From Phoronis australis (taxonomy: Eukaryota; Animalia; Phoronida), in assembly GCA_002633005.1 (NCBI GenBank), contig NMRA01000092.1, positions 121,115 through 185,114 on the forward strand: a DNA stretch of 64,000 bases, in the 5' to 3' direction. The position numbers and the translations under genes are program-made. This document shows positions 11,643-24,681 of this stretch, piece by piece. The notes below the pieces were generated by a model. The model did no database searches and was not told the DNA's origin. It worked only from the letters and a program-made list of their open reading frames with translations. Each line of letters opens with the position of its first letter. The stretch's first letter is position 1.

Positions 11643-13103
11643 ATATTGGAACTGTTTCAATCGCCATGCATAGAGGAATTTCTCGAACACGTAAATGATA
11701 GGTCTGGTTGGCAATCAGAGGTAACATTTATGAAAGGTTGTAACCATCTAATAAAGGCATTTTTTACTGATATATAAGCAAAACATGTCGGGCAATTGAC
11801 CCGGGGGCTCTATAAGACAGGTTGGCAGGGACGAGCCGCCAACTTCCGAGTGGTGCATTTTATCCTCTCAGGTATCGCCTGAGGAGGGTATTTTACTCTC
11901 TCAAGTATCGTTATGGGTGGTAACAAGGGGTATTTTTTAGGTATTATGTCTGCTCCCCTTAATCCGCATGTATAATTACAGGAAATTCGATATCAACCAA
12001 TCTCAGTCGTAACGCAGTAACCGTAAACTAAGTACACGGGATTTTTCAGTAGTCTCCAGGAGGTCGCACTCATGTGACCAGTAACTCAGAGGCGCAAAAG
12101 CACACAAGTCATCCTACGAGTCTAGAGTTGCTCTTTGTCTTCAAAAGTGTTGTGAAAATATGTAAAACTAGCCGAAAGACTGATAAAGCAAAAATTTAAA
12201 AAGTAATGCTGAATTAGCAACTGTACAAAAGTTTTGAGCAGGTGACATATAAGCCCATGGCCCACGTGAAATCACTTCTCACCTGAATAATGCACGCTGA
12301 AACCACTTTTTGCTGTAAGTCGTCTAAATCAAAATTTGCTTCACTGATAGAAGTCTGACCAATATGAATAAAATTAATGCATTGATATAGGACTATTTAT
12401 TTTTTATGATTTAGTCACCTTGTAAACAAGACGACCCCTACTCAGGTCCTCTTCGTGAACGTAAGGCCTTGGCTGATTGCAAAATGGGCAATTTGGATTA
12501 TACCACGACCTTTCGATTATAAGGACCATAACGCTCAACCCATCTAACACATTGTCCTCCATATAAAACTGCTTTTGCTCAGTTAGTGCAGATTTTCTGG
12601 AAAATGTATAGAAATAGCAAAACGTTTCGGGGGTCGTAATGCCATACTTTATGTCCTAGTTGAGAAGTAACATTCAGAACGAAACCATGAATTTGGAGGG
12701 CCTTGGTGGCTTTTGATTCTGAAATACAGACAAAGTCGTTCAAGGTATGAATATGACGTGTGAAGGTGTTCATATTTACTACCTCGAGATGTTTGATGGT
12801 AATGCATAGCAAACCTAAAGATGAACTTGCTCTCAATTACGAAATATTGGGAGACGGAACACCTCTAAAGATGTCATTTACAAATGTTTAAGGAATTATT
12901 TTAGGAAGCAGTTCCGTCATACAAAAAGACTTGTTCGTATGTTCCAAGAGAGACCTTCAATACTCATAAACAAGAGTACACTTGGCTTCATACAATAAAC
13001 CCAAGATAAAGGCGTATCGAAATCATTACTTTTTCAACTAGGAAATGATGTATTCCCGGTCGAGTTCAGACCACTAAACTGTGCCGAATGAAGTTTGGCT
13101 CAC

Positions 13104-13301
13104 CTCCGCTACAAAATTTATTGCCGTTGTCAGTTGTTCTTGCAACCTGTCGCATAATTTTGTTTCCGATTCAGCCGATGTTCGTTTCCCAACTCCGCCA
13201 GCGGATCCCCAGCCATAACTGTGGTGCCATTGGGCTGAGCACTGCTGTAGCAATAGTGTCAGACTAACAGTGATTAATAATACCTCTAGACACCGGACCA
13301 T
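13104..13301 (-). CDS. GnRH/AKH/corazonin-superfamily neuropeptide precursor, main coding exon
   Basis: Hydrophobic signal peptide MVRCLEVLLITVSLTLLLQQCSA followed directly by QWHHSYGWGSAGGV-G-KR (N-terminal Gln, HSYGW core, Gly amidation donor, dibasic site). Acceptor ttttttcgatttcag| at 13309; donor GAG|GTGAGC at 13104/13103. Confidence 0.88.
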
Positions 13302-14590
13302 TCTGGTTCTGAAATCGAAAAAAGTAAACGGGGAGGTATAAGACGTTAAAATTTCGGGTCAGCAGGTAGATGATGCTGGCAGATAAGAGCGGAAACAAAA
13401 AATAAAGTAAAGCCAACTTCGAACTGTAAACAATAGGCGGTGGAATATGCCACAGCAGCATGCCATGAATGAATTCCATTCGGTGAATAGGGAAATAATT
13501 CAATATATTGATGAAATTAATATTTTAGTGAAGTCATCCATTGCTATTAGTCAAAGTCATTGCTAATTGACATTGCGTTCGTCTTAATGAGTGGTCGCCA
13601 CAAGTGTTCCAGCCAAGTGCTAATCATTTAGATTCCTCATTAGGTTATTTTAACCTATACAAGGAAAATTTACCCATCAAGAAAGTTGAATGAGTTATTC
13701 AGAAATTATTTTCTCGAAGAAAAATTGCGTGCCAGGATTCTTGAAGAATTTTTTAGGATTTAAAGTATTTATCGACAAAAAAATCACTACAGTTGTCGAC
13801 ATATTTTTTGTGAATGCAAAAACACGAAACAAACGAATATTTTTTCAACTTTATGTAGATTGTACAACATAAATATTTCAAAAATATCTCGATTACTTAC
13901 ACTCATAAATAGGACAGTTTCTATGAGAACACTATCTCCAAAAATGATGTCACTGTTTGATGTTCGAAAGGTTGTCAAGTTTAAATTATGGCTTAAAATA
14001 CTATTAAAATGGTATCGAGCAACGTAAGCGAAACTCTCTTGTGTGAAAGATGGTGGAACTGAGTAAAACACAAAACTGATCTTTAGGCTTTAATTCGGCT
14101 TATTTACAGAAAAAATGGTTACTGTATTTATGGTACTTGTGATACGCACCGCCGTGACAAGACAAATTATTTTGCCGGTTCTCAAGCAACAACGAAGTGT
14201 AATTCTGTCAAGTCCGGAAATCACTTTAATCTCATCCAAACGAGGAATAACTTGAAAACAATTTAATTTTAAATGATCTAATATTAAAGTTCGCTTTTTA
14301 TTAAAGGTGGTTTTATATCAGCGTTAAAAGAACGAAGAAAATTCCACTTTTGAGTTTAAGGGACATTAACGGTTTTAGGGGCGAAAACGTTTTTTTTTCG
14401 GGGGGAAATATTGCTGTGTGGGATACACTTGTTGAAGGCATTAGCTTTGACTAGAGCTGTAAAACAACAAAATTCGTTTTTTTGTGATTTTATTGCAAAT
14501 CGCAAATTCTCAGCTTTGTCTGCCTGACATTCGAAGAAATCAAGACGACTGAACTTGCGTATCAACATACGGTAAAATATGAAATGGGAT

Positions 14591-14657
14591 ATAGCTCCAA
14601 CAGCAGAACGTTAGGGTGCTACCGCGCAGGTGCAGGTTCGATTTCGCGCTGGGGACA
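14591..14657 (+). mobile_element. Degenerate tRNA-derived SINE head or tRNA pseudogene
   Basis: A-box-like TAGCTCCAACAG and B-box-like GGTTCGATT at tRNA-like spacing; no convincing cloverleaf. Confidence 0.35.
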
Positions 14658-14940
14658 ATCTCAGAAAATCTCTTAGATAGTCGTAAGGGAAGTATTTAAC
14701 ACCATGTCAGTCAAATCTCTTATTAATCAAACCTGCCACACTTGCTTGTCACTCGCCACTTTGATAACGAACGAACTTTATGCACTTTAAGATGAATGAC
14801 CAGCGATTGTTGGTTACATAATGGTTAATTGACGGATACATTTAAAGAAGCAGCAAAAATATTCGTTGAATTAGAACAGATAGACCTAATTACGCACTCT
14901 AACATTAGCAGTGAGTATTTTAATGTAAACCACCACTTAC

Positions 14941-15028
14941 CTGTAGAGCTGTGCAAGTCGTGTGTAGTGTGTGGCCGCCGGCCTCTCATTTTATATCCCG
15001 TAGGATACCGAGAGCAAATGTAACGTCA
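14941..15028 (-). promoter_or_regulatory. Core promoter and short non-coding exon 1 of the neuropeptide gene
   Basis: Minus strand: CRE-like TGACGTTA (15028-15021), TATAAAA (14995-14989), then consensus donor CAG|GTAAGT at 14941/14940 about 50 nt downstream. Confidence 0.7.
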
Positions 15029-15689
15029 CAAAATTGAAGAAGCTTCACCGCACACTGCGTGATAAATAATACTCTAATTGATTTAATTATCGTTCCCGAA
15101 CACAGATAAACGTAATACGGACAATAATAACGCAAAGTAGAGAGCTCGTGTTCGTGGTATCGGGAGACAATTTAATGTAAGTAATTCGCAAGGGGGATGA
15201 CTTCAGAACCATCAGCTAGAAAGTAAGAGCCAACGTGTATATTAATGAAGGCAATTCCTCTGTCAGCCAGACGCTATTCCTGTTGGGATAACTGTGTTTA
15301 TTGAAGTGACGATTAATCTCAACAGCGCTTAATGTTCGTCATTTCCGATTTATCCATCAATTGAACATTTGCATGAATTCCTCTCTATTTTTAATAAGTC
15401 TCCAGTGAATTATCTGCTTATCGTCATTCAGTTACCGAAGTGTATGGTTTTTATTGACTTTTCGAGAGGTGAGACTGCACTACTGTTGATCACTTAAATT
15501 ATATAAAAACATTCTTTGATTCGTCATGCGAGGTACTGATGTGTTGTTGTTTTGGGTAAACAAAGTTGTTTTTCGTTGCTGTCCATGTTACAATCATGCA
15601 TCAACGTCTTAACTTCCTATGGTATGTGTAGCAAAAGCACTCGCAATACTTCTTTCTTACCATTTCTTACATCATTTTTTTCTTATCTA

Positions 15690-16040
15690 TTGTTATTATT
15701 TTTGATGGTGGTTATTATTATTATTTTTATTGTTGATGTTGTTGTTGTTGTTGCTGTTGTTATTACTTTTATCATCATCATTACTATTATCATTAAGATT
15801 TAAGTCGTCATTAGTGTTATTATCATTATTATTATTGTTTTTTTATTTATTATTATCATTATCATGTTGTTATTAATTTTGTTGTTGTTATTATTGTTAT
15901 TGTTATGTATTTATTATCATTATTATTATCATTATTGTTATTATTATTATTATTATTATTGTTATTATTATTATTATTATTATCATTATCATTCTTGTTA
16001 TTATCATTATCTTTATAACATTTATTCTTGCAATTATTAG
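15690..16040. repeat. Compound (ATT/GTT/ATC)n trinucleotide microsatellite
   Basis: Long attattatt/gttgttgtt/atcatc runs. Confidence 0.95.
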
Positions 16041-17580
16041 TAACTACAAATCCAGCTGGCGGTGAAAACAATGCCATGGCCTTTAAATTTCAGCTGCGAT
16101 TCCCCACATCCCACTCCCGTACAAGCGAAACCAATCCCACGGAGTCTGTGAACTCCACATCCGCGTCGAAAATACACCACACCCGCGGTAACAAAACTCC
16201 AATCCCGGGGTCCGTATTGCTCTCGAAAAATGCAGATTTGTCGGTTAATATTGTGGGTGAACTTCGCGAATCGATCTATTTTGGGATATGTAACTGGAAT
16301 TTAGAAGCGTGGCCAAGTTTTTATTATCGCGTAAAACGCTAATACAATAGTTACAGCAACGTATGTGAAAATCCCTTTGTTTGAAAGAAGACAGAACTGT
16401 GCACAACACGAAACTGGTCGTTTGGTCTTAATTCGGCTTATTGCAGTAAATGAATGCTAAGTTTGTGGTACTTATGATACACATTTTAAAAATAAGAGCG
16501 CAAATGCGAAAGAGGAGAGTATTGCACTTGAATGCGCAAGGGGTGGTTCGAATTTCTGGAACGGTGGACCTTTGATATTTTTCAAAGATCGACCCGGTAT
16601 AGTTTCAGTAAGGCCCCTGACGCATCTTAATTAGGGAATGACTCTCAGCTCTATGTTCCTGAGATGAGACGGAAATGAGGATGCCGCAACAGTTGATCGT
16701 AAATAATGGGAATCAAATTCGGATATGTCGTAATGTGGTCCAGAAGGAGAACGTTCTTGCGTTACCTTTCGCCAAACTTTAAAATCAGGTGTGCTTAAAT
16801 ACATACTCGGACGGAATTTTTTAGTCTGAGAATGAATTGAAATTTCTATCTGGTTGTATTTTTGCGTGTCACTTACATCGCTTGAAAAGGGAACAGCTCA
16901 CTATTTTGAATGTTCACTACTCCGAAGGCTCACTACTACGAAAATATCTAAAATTTCGAGCACATGTTTAATTTCTATACTTTTGCATGCAAAAGTAAAC
17001 GACACTTCGGTTATCAGATGCGCTGAGTGGTGTACCTATACCAAAAACAACGTCCGGGTACTATAGATTTCATACGCATACGAAATTAACAGCATGTTTT
17101 ACGAATACGAAAAATTAAGTAGCTCTTGCATTTTTATATGATGCCAAACTCGGATTTGGCCTATTGATAGATTCTCAAAATGACTTTCCCATCCAGTTCT
17201 CTGAAACAAAAGATAATACTCTATAACCATTGACAACCCTCAAAAGTTTGCGAAACGGAAGAGCGAAGAAAGCTTTTTGCGACTTACACGGCAACTGTGG
17301 GAAAAGTCCACCCACCAAGGACTATATTGTCCAAATTTTGACATGGGGTGTAAGAATTTTCAATTGATTCCTTGAAGCAATAAAAAGTGTCATTTCTTAA
17401 GTCCGGAAAGCTCTTCTTATCCGAGCGAGGGACAACTTGAGAACAATTTTATGGTAAGTGGTCTGAAACAAAAGTTTACTTTTTACGGAAGGTGAATTAA
17501 TAGCAGCTCTTTAAGCGCATGTCTGGATTGTGACGTAATTTGTCATGGGCTCATAGAATAAAATGGCGCAACCTGATCAG

Positions 17581-17858
17581 GGTCCGGGTCTCCTCTTTTT
17601 ACTCAAAATCGAACTTGTATTTGTTTTTAATGATTTACTTGAGTTTTTACTCGCAATCTCCAGTTTTTATTCCAGTTCGTAGCCCAAATCTAGGGGTCAC
17701 CAAACGCGAATTTGGACTACATACTCGCTTTCGTAATCCGTAACGCAGTCAATCAGAAGAATAATAGCTAATTTTCTTGCGTTCCTATCAAGGAAGAACG
17801 AAAAATGCCAAACATATTTTCGAGTTCAATTTCGAGTAAAAAGATCAGACCCCAGGCC
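17581..17858. mobile_element. MITE family A copy (Harbinger-like)
   Basis: TIR core TCTTTTTACTC(G/A)AAATCGAACT / AGTTCAATTTCGAGTAAAAAGA, shared with the 18.4, 20.3 and 56.8 kb copies. Confidence 0.7.
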
Positions 17859-18389
17859 TAGGAGCAATTGAGCGAAATACAGAATCGGTCTACTTCACGG
17901 TGAAAAGCACACACATTACTTTTTGGCTTATTGCAATTACCCCATTTAACATTTGTTTCCCAAAATTTAGACCAAATTGTGTTCCAAGGGTTTTCTACCT
18001 GTAGCCCCTTGTTAACAGACAAGTGTAACTTGAGGATGTTTCACTGATGACGTAGTGCGGTTCGCTTTCTTTTTTACCCGAAGGACTTGTAGGGAAACGC
18101 AATTAGATTAGCCTTGATTTGAAGCAAATAAGAACTCCACTGTCTAAATTATTAAGCAGGTCTTTGTTTCAAGATGAAATCACCTGTGACTTGCAGTGGG
18201 AAATGAAAACGAACACACCCATGAGTGAGCCCCTAATCGGATGTAATTCCGAATTGTGGCTAGCAGCCTTTGCTTGTGTGGAGCCGGATACTATTTCCAT
18301 GAGTTCGTACAACTCTCGAAAATAGCACACGTTTCTTCTCACACCTGCCAGTAAATTTACATGTTTATTCTCGAATGATGTGTTATTAA

Positions 18390-18720
18390 GAAATCGAACT
18401 CGAAATTGTTTTTAGTATTTTCTATTCTACTTTTTATCTATTCTATTTTTGTAAAAACTCGAGATAAGTGTCTATTATTCTGTACTTGCGTACATTATGG
18501 TTCACGCACAAGAGTTTCTAGTCAAAGCTCGTACTTGATGACCCCAAGATTAGAGCAACAACCTCGGATAAAAATTCAAAGATTTCGAGTAAAAACTATG
18601 ATTAGAAAATTATTTAAACAAACCAGTAGATAATTACCTTGAGTTTGCGCAAAATTTGAATAGAAAATACAAAAAAAAAATTGAGTTCGATTTCGAGTAA
18701 AAAGATTGGACTCTGGGCCC
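18390..18720. mobile_element. MITE family A copy, left end eroded
   Basis: GAAATCGAACTCGAAATT...GATAAGTGTCTATT...GAGTTCGATTTCGAGTAAAAAGATTGGACTCTGGGCCC. Confidence 0.7.
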
Positions 18721-19391
18721 TAATCTCCGAATTCTTGGGCCCAGTTTAGTATCAAAACGAAATTGCCTTTTCCGTCCATTTGCCTTAGCTAATACCCAGT
18801 TTTATTAGGTAGGTAACGGCCGTCCTACCCGACTATACAACGGGATTACATTCAAAAGTAGACCTATAGGCCTACCGGTAAAAAGATAATTACGTCTTTG
18901 GGCACTCAAGTGGTCTTATCACCTTTTAATGTATAGAATGTACGAAAAAGTTACCACGATTTCTTCAAAACATTATTAACTTGAAACTATCAAGCTCAAA
19001 CAGTGTTTGGTATCGGATTCTTCTGCTGCTGCCGTCGATGTATTGAAAGTTACTGGGTTGGTCAATAAACCCTTTGTGGGTTTCCTTGCGGAATAGAAAT
19101 AGAGTGCGGCAAGCGACACATTTAATGATTCGTTTTCTGCGCTAATTTTCTGTGCTATTATAGCATTGTCTTACACTTGTGTTGAAAAACGGGGACATTC
19201 TTTAGCTCACTGCTCTTAGCTTGCGTCAGAACTGAAATTACAAAATGCACTGTACAATTCGTTAACTGACAACTTTTGCAACTTCAATGATTTTAATTGC
19301 ACATCGTCCCTTTCTGGATAACCTGTATGAGATTTTGAAACAAAAGAGCATTTGTACTCTAAACCGAAACAACGTGTTCTCTAGTATCATT

Positions 19392-19537
19392 GGGTACACT
19401 TGACTGACTTCGCTAGTTCTGTCGTGTCAGCTGGCAAAGACATCTCATTGGTTCTCGCTGCCGACTTCCGGCTTATAAACCAATCGGGTGCTTTAGTCGG
19501 TTGATCCGGCGGAGCCGGCGACTAAATCAGTGCAGCC
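19392..19537 (-). mobile_element. MITE family E copy
   Basis: GGGTACACTTGACTGACTTCGC...AATCAGTGCAGCC; inverted relative to the 10.2-kb copy. Confidence 0.6.
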
Positions 19538-20321
19538 ACGACTGTCAGCAGCAGGCATATGGTGAGCAAAATCCGCGTTTATCATCAGGATGGGAAGTAT
19601 CGACAGAAGCGGAAGGGCACGCCTACAACAGTTTGACGTTGCAAAGTCCCACAAGCGCAAAGCCAATATGGGCGGCGGAAGTCCTTTGCCAGCGTACTTA
19701 GAGCAACAGATTCTCTAGGATGTGTTTTTGATCATACATATTAATTCACTCAAACTGTTGCCACGAAGAGCTTGTATTACCAAAACGAGAAAGCAAACAA
19801 ACTGTTGCACGCAGCGGGATATCCAAGATGTCAAACCGTTGAGCCCATTCATAGATTACGCCAGTCCATTGGCCCATTTTCACACGTCCCACTTCATTCA
19901 CGCTCATGTCTGTCACAGTGACAGCAGTATAACTGTTTCTCCTCTACAATATTTGGTGCTCTGTAATCTATTTCACAGCACAAATTGTAGTGGATAAAAT
20001 TAATTCCACGCAATTTGATTAAAAGTTAGTTTTAGTGTCTTGTGGTGGTCAAATGTGACTTGTGCATTAGTTGACGTTTTCGTGTGTCACGCTGTCATCC
20101 ACATTTATAGTTCACGTTTAGTTGTTAATTCACGTCAAATACTACTTCAATAGAAGTAAAATTAAAAAGGTTTGAGGAACGTTATGAGGGTACTTTGTGT
20201 CTGTTCTATTGTTTATCCATAGATACTCGTTAACAACGGGTTAATCCAGGCGTAGCTCAGTGATGGTCAATGTTTGTGGGCAAAAGAGAAAGATCATAGT
20301 TGTATTTCGTTTAACCACGAC

Positions 20322-20712
20322 CAGGGTCTAAGATCTAACCTTTCTACTCGAAATCGGACTCGAAATTATTGATATCATTTTACTATCTACTCTAGTTTGA
20401 TCTTAAGATAAGTGTCCATTTTTGTGTGCTCGAGTCAATATTTAATATGACGTCATTTTGACGTATTATGACGCTCTGGACCCAGTGTGACGGCATGTCT
20501 ATTCTTAATTCCGGGTTCAAATTGCGTCATCTATTGCCATGACACGTCATCAATAAACGTCCGAATTGTTGTTAACCCAGATGAACGTCTGGTCCAAGTT
20601 CGCACTTGATGACCCCTAGATTTCAGCTACAAACGCCAAAGTAAAAACTCAAGATCAAACTGTCATACACGTACATCGTAATGTGTCAGAATACTAGACA
20701 ACATCTTGAGTT
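20322..20712. mobile_element. MITE family A copy carrying a nested insertion (~20437-20580)
   Basis: TACTCGAAATCGGACTCGAAATT and AAGATAAGTGTCCATT motifs. The internal segment 20455-20535 is the reverse complement of 42740-42815. Confidence 0.6.
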
Positions 20713-22544
20713 CGTTTGTACAAAGGCAAAACGAAAACATCAATTTAAAAGTATATCAAAAATAATGTGGACGGAGTTCGAATTTGAGACCCCACGGGCT
20801 CTGTCTGGTGGTTGAAATTGTTAGTTTTGTTGACATGTCAGAACTATCCATAATGACTCAAATTACGTCCGTATTAAGTTTGCTGGTTTCCATACACCGG
20901 TTCATCTCACCCTTGATTGACTAATAAAGAACCAGATGTCAGGTATGATCACCAGACTGTAGAACTAATACTGAATGACAGACAATTCTCTATAAATCAG
21001 CATTAGCGGCCTCTATCGATAACATGCAAATAACACTGTATTTCTGACGTCACAAAAGATAAGAAGATTTCGGTACTGACAGAAAGAAAATTTTAGGCCA
21101 AAACTAGCACAGTTGGTTCTGATTTATGATTTTTTAGAATTGATGCGGCGATGCCGTATTTTTTACTTGTACATTAAAAATGTCACTTGGAGTGGTGTGG
21201 ATTTTTTCCGCAGCTTCAACTGTTCCACTGTCGCGATTGGCTGTGACTCCATTCGACGTCATGGAGGGGACTGTGGTGTCGGTTGCCTATGCTCCGAGGA
21301 GGGGGGGGGGGGGCTGCTGGNATTTCGCTTTATCGAGGTAGGGTAACTTGTTCTAGGGTAACATGTGCCAATGATTCTCATCTGCTGCGGTTACACAGAC
21401 GAGTCTTCTTTGGGCCTTTGCATCAGATGTCCATTGTCATGCGCAGAGCGACAACTTCCGCCTCACCCTATAGTTATCAGATATGTGTGTGTTTGTGTGG
21501 ATGCTCCACATAAAGTGGGGCAAATTGAACTAGTACAAGTTGTTCTGGGGTAAGTCTGTGTGTGGACGGGACTATGGGAAGATGCCACATCACGTCATTG
21601 CCAAGTAGTGTGAAAAGCTCAGTGCAAATCTGTCAACATGATGCATACAATGTGCTGATTTAGTTTCACGTAAAAGTATCAACGGTTTCCCATAGAAATA
21701 AATTTATAAATAATGCATTCATGTGATAACGTTTAACTATCAAAAAGATTACAGTATATGAAATATTCTATTACAACAAATACAAAACTAAGTTTAAGGC
21801 TCCACTTAATACGGCATCATTAGAAAATATGTTTCAAACGATTGCAGCTGACATTTTTTATCATTCTTATGTATTTCCGGTACCTTTCCTGGTCTGGATC
21901 CCACTTATGTATTTTTGCAACGGTGCACTTAAAAAATTAGTAACTGGGCTAATAACTCATATGCACTTCTTTTGACAGTGACAGCTTCTCACTGTATCCA
22001 CATTGCCACGGAATCTTGATGTCGGTTTTCTACAATATCTAGGTGTTTTTTATTTCTGTTTTTGTTGATTTTTTACTAATGCTGTGACTGAATAATCAAT
22101 AATCCAATTGTAAAATATGACATTTCTGAGGACATTTTTATACACCCTGTTTTTGAATGATTTCGTTTTAGTGACTGGATAAGATCTCCTTTGCCCGAAA
22201 TTATAAGAAAAACATTGTCGCGTATTTTGCCCCCTTGTTCGATGGTCGCCACCGACAAATGCTTTTGGATTCAGATTTCGGTGCGATTACAAACTGAAAA
22301 CCGGTTTCAATTGATGGCTTTATTAATCTCGACCGCACTCGAACAAAACTTATAAAAACTCTTGCTTGATCAATACAGCCTTCATCCATTGATGTCAATA
22401 CATATGACTTGTGATGAACTATCTTGAGTCTTTTTATTTTGGACTTAGTACCCTAACTGACAGATTTAATCCTTTCTTCTTGCTTTCTGAATCCACTGTT
22501 GTTATGACCGATAGATAGAGACTTGGGGCCCGTTCCAACAAAAC

Positions 22545-22769
22545 TGACTTAGCTAAGACAAATCTTAAATTTTGGTAAATTTTAAAGTAAAAATTAAAGT
22601 TGTTTCAAAACCAACTCAAGAAAGAGATCTTAAGTTTGACTTAAGTGTTTGACACGAGTTTTGTCTTAAATTTGACTAACTTACCGAATGTGGAAGTTTC
22701 AAAGTTTGGAATTTTAGACAAATTTTAAACTTAAGTTAAAAATGAACTTATGTCAGTTTCTTGGAACAG
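22545..22769. mobile_element. Single-copy TIR element (MITE-like)
   Basis: GTTCCAACAAAACTGACTTAG vs CTTATGTCAGTTTCTTGGAAC inverted ends; CTTAAG/CTTAAA-rich interior. Confidence 0.5.
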
Positions 22770-23046
22770 CAGTGAGGTAGATCGGCGATGATATTGGTTG
22801 AATTTCTTAGACGCAATAATCTCTGTAAGATGCCTCGCTTGGAATATATGACGACCTCGTGAAGCTTAGTCTTGGGGGTTCTTGCGTTTTCGCGAGGTGC
22901 TTGCCTGTACGGAACGCACGCCCTGTCCTATCTTCAACAGCAGGTGGTCACACGAGAATCATTTCGTCAAATCACAAGTTAGTCGAAGTTTCTGAAGCTC
23001 AGCGCGGTGGTACCCGCATTCTGCTGCGTGTACCAGCAATAGACCT

Positions 23047-23186
23047 GACGAGCGTTCAGTAACGCTAGAACTTCCGCTAAGACCCAGCTAAATCACGTGT
23101 TCTCATTCAAAATACATGGCAATATTTCGCGTAATCTCGCAAAGTCTTGCTGTTTAACTAGGTCCTAGCGTTACTGAACGGGACGG
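23047..23186 (+). mobile_element. MITE family D copy
   Basis: GCGTTCAGTAACGCTAG...CTAGCGTTACTGAACG TIRs; interior matches 43305-43459. Confidence 0.75.
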
Positions 23187-23512
23187 GGGTTTCTAGATTC
23201 ATCTCTAAAAATTCAAACTGTAAATTCTTTGTACTTCGTCAACAGATTTGTAGAAGAGCCATTGTCATCAAGACTCTTGTTTGTCAAGAACGCTGGTCTA
23301 AGGTCCGTTTGTGAGCGCATTTACCGCATTAACGATGACAATAAAATACTGGCTACAATAAAATTATATGCCATGGTCTAAAACTGATGATTTTTCGAAC
23401 TTTATGGCATCTGAAATTCAATTCCTCGTGAAAAGTTTGATTAGATTCTTTTTACCTAAATAAATAATGTTAAAAATTGTCATAAAAAGATGCGCTGGGT
23501 TTCGGTACTCTG

Positions 23513-23924
23513 TGCCCGGTTGCATGAAACAGTCCCAAATAGGGACTCAACTAAGGTCCCCAAATCTACTGTATATTTTTGGACTTGTGAAAATATCGAT
23601 TGCCCTTTTTTGTACTGTTTTAGTTTCATTACTTGAACAAATCAAAAGTGAACTCTCCGTTGAATTATCAACATTATCGAAAATAAGTAGGGATCTTTTC
23701 ATGCTCCCCCAGTTTAAGGACTGGGTCCCTATTTATTTTTAATGAAGTCAGGGCTCAGTTTTTAGTTATATTATTAGAAAATGTCATTAATCAAAGAGGA
23801 GCTCATAATAAAGATGAAATGATAAAAAATATTGCATCTGTGAGTCCATAAAGACACAAACACACAAGAAGACTTAGGGACCTTAGTTGTGTCGCTATTT
23901 GAGACTGTTTCATGCAGCCGGTCA
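23513..23924 (+). mobile_element. MITE family B copy (Harbinger-like, CTG TSD)
   Basis: Ends TGCCCGGTTGCATGAAACAGTC / GACTGTTTCATGCAGCCGGTCA, flanked by CTG on both sides; colinear with 60425-60816. Confidence 0.85.
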
Positions 23925-24681
23925 CTGGTACGCGTTGAAAATAGATCCAATTTTAGTAAGTTCTTTGAACCGTGGTTTCATACTAACAGTTAAGTAGTTT
24001 TTGAGTAGTTAGTTTGCAGTTATTTACCGAGTCTGAAGGTTTGCAATTTTCTGCTTTATTGAATATTAATTGAGTTATTTGTTGTATTATCATGGGGAAT
24101 TATAGGTACAAAGAAGTTGCTGCGGAATCCTGCACAAACCTCCGTCGCCACCACTTGCACTAATCCCGCTTGCGCGCCATTTAGGAAGCATCCCGAGCGC
24201 CACCTGTTCCACAAACGATGTAGTTTAGTTATATAGAGGCGCGAAGCTGGAACATTCAATAAACAAGCCCTTGTCTGGTCGTGTGATTGAATGAATTGAA
24301 AATTGTCTGGCTCAGAGTGGTAAAAATATTTCTGCACGTGATCATTCATCAGAAGGGAACCGAAGCAAGCGTAGATTTGCTCGCAAAATCGAGGCATGGA
24401 AGACCCTACTGAATAAATAGGGACGGAGATTGTCATTTTTGTTTAGGACGCACAAACCATGATGGTGACAAAAGTGTTGACATTTTTTAAGTGTGGTTAT
24501 CGTGGTTCAATTTTTTACCATAAAAATAACACAAGTAAGTGGTAATTGGTGCGAACTTCTAACTCCAAATGTGACCGAAATTTACTTTGTGTATTTTGTA
24601 TAATTACAGTAAGACTAACTATAAAAGCACTCTCGCTGAAATAAAGCACTTTTATCATTTCCGTACTTGTTTCATACAAAG

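Noticed and set aside
15552-16077. Poly-Asn and poly-Ile/Val ORFs
   Set aside because: Translations of the (ATT/GTT)n microsatellite.
21299-21321. Poly-G run and single N as a functional G-quadruplex or boundary
   Set aside because: Homopolymer next to an ambiguous base; likely a low-quality or joined assembly position.
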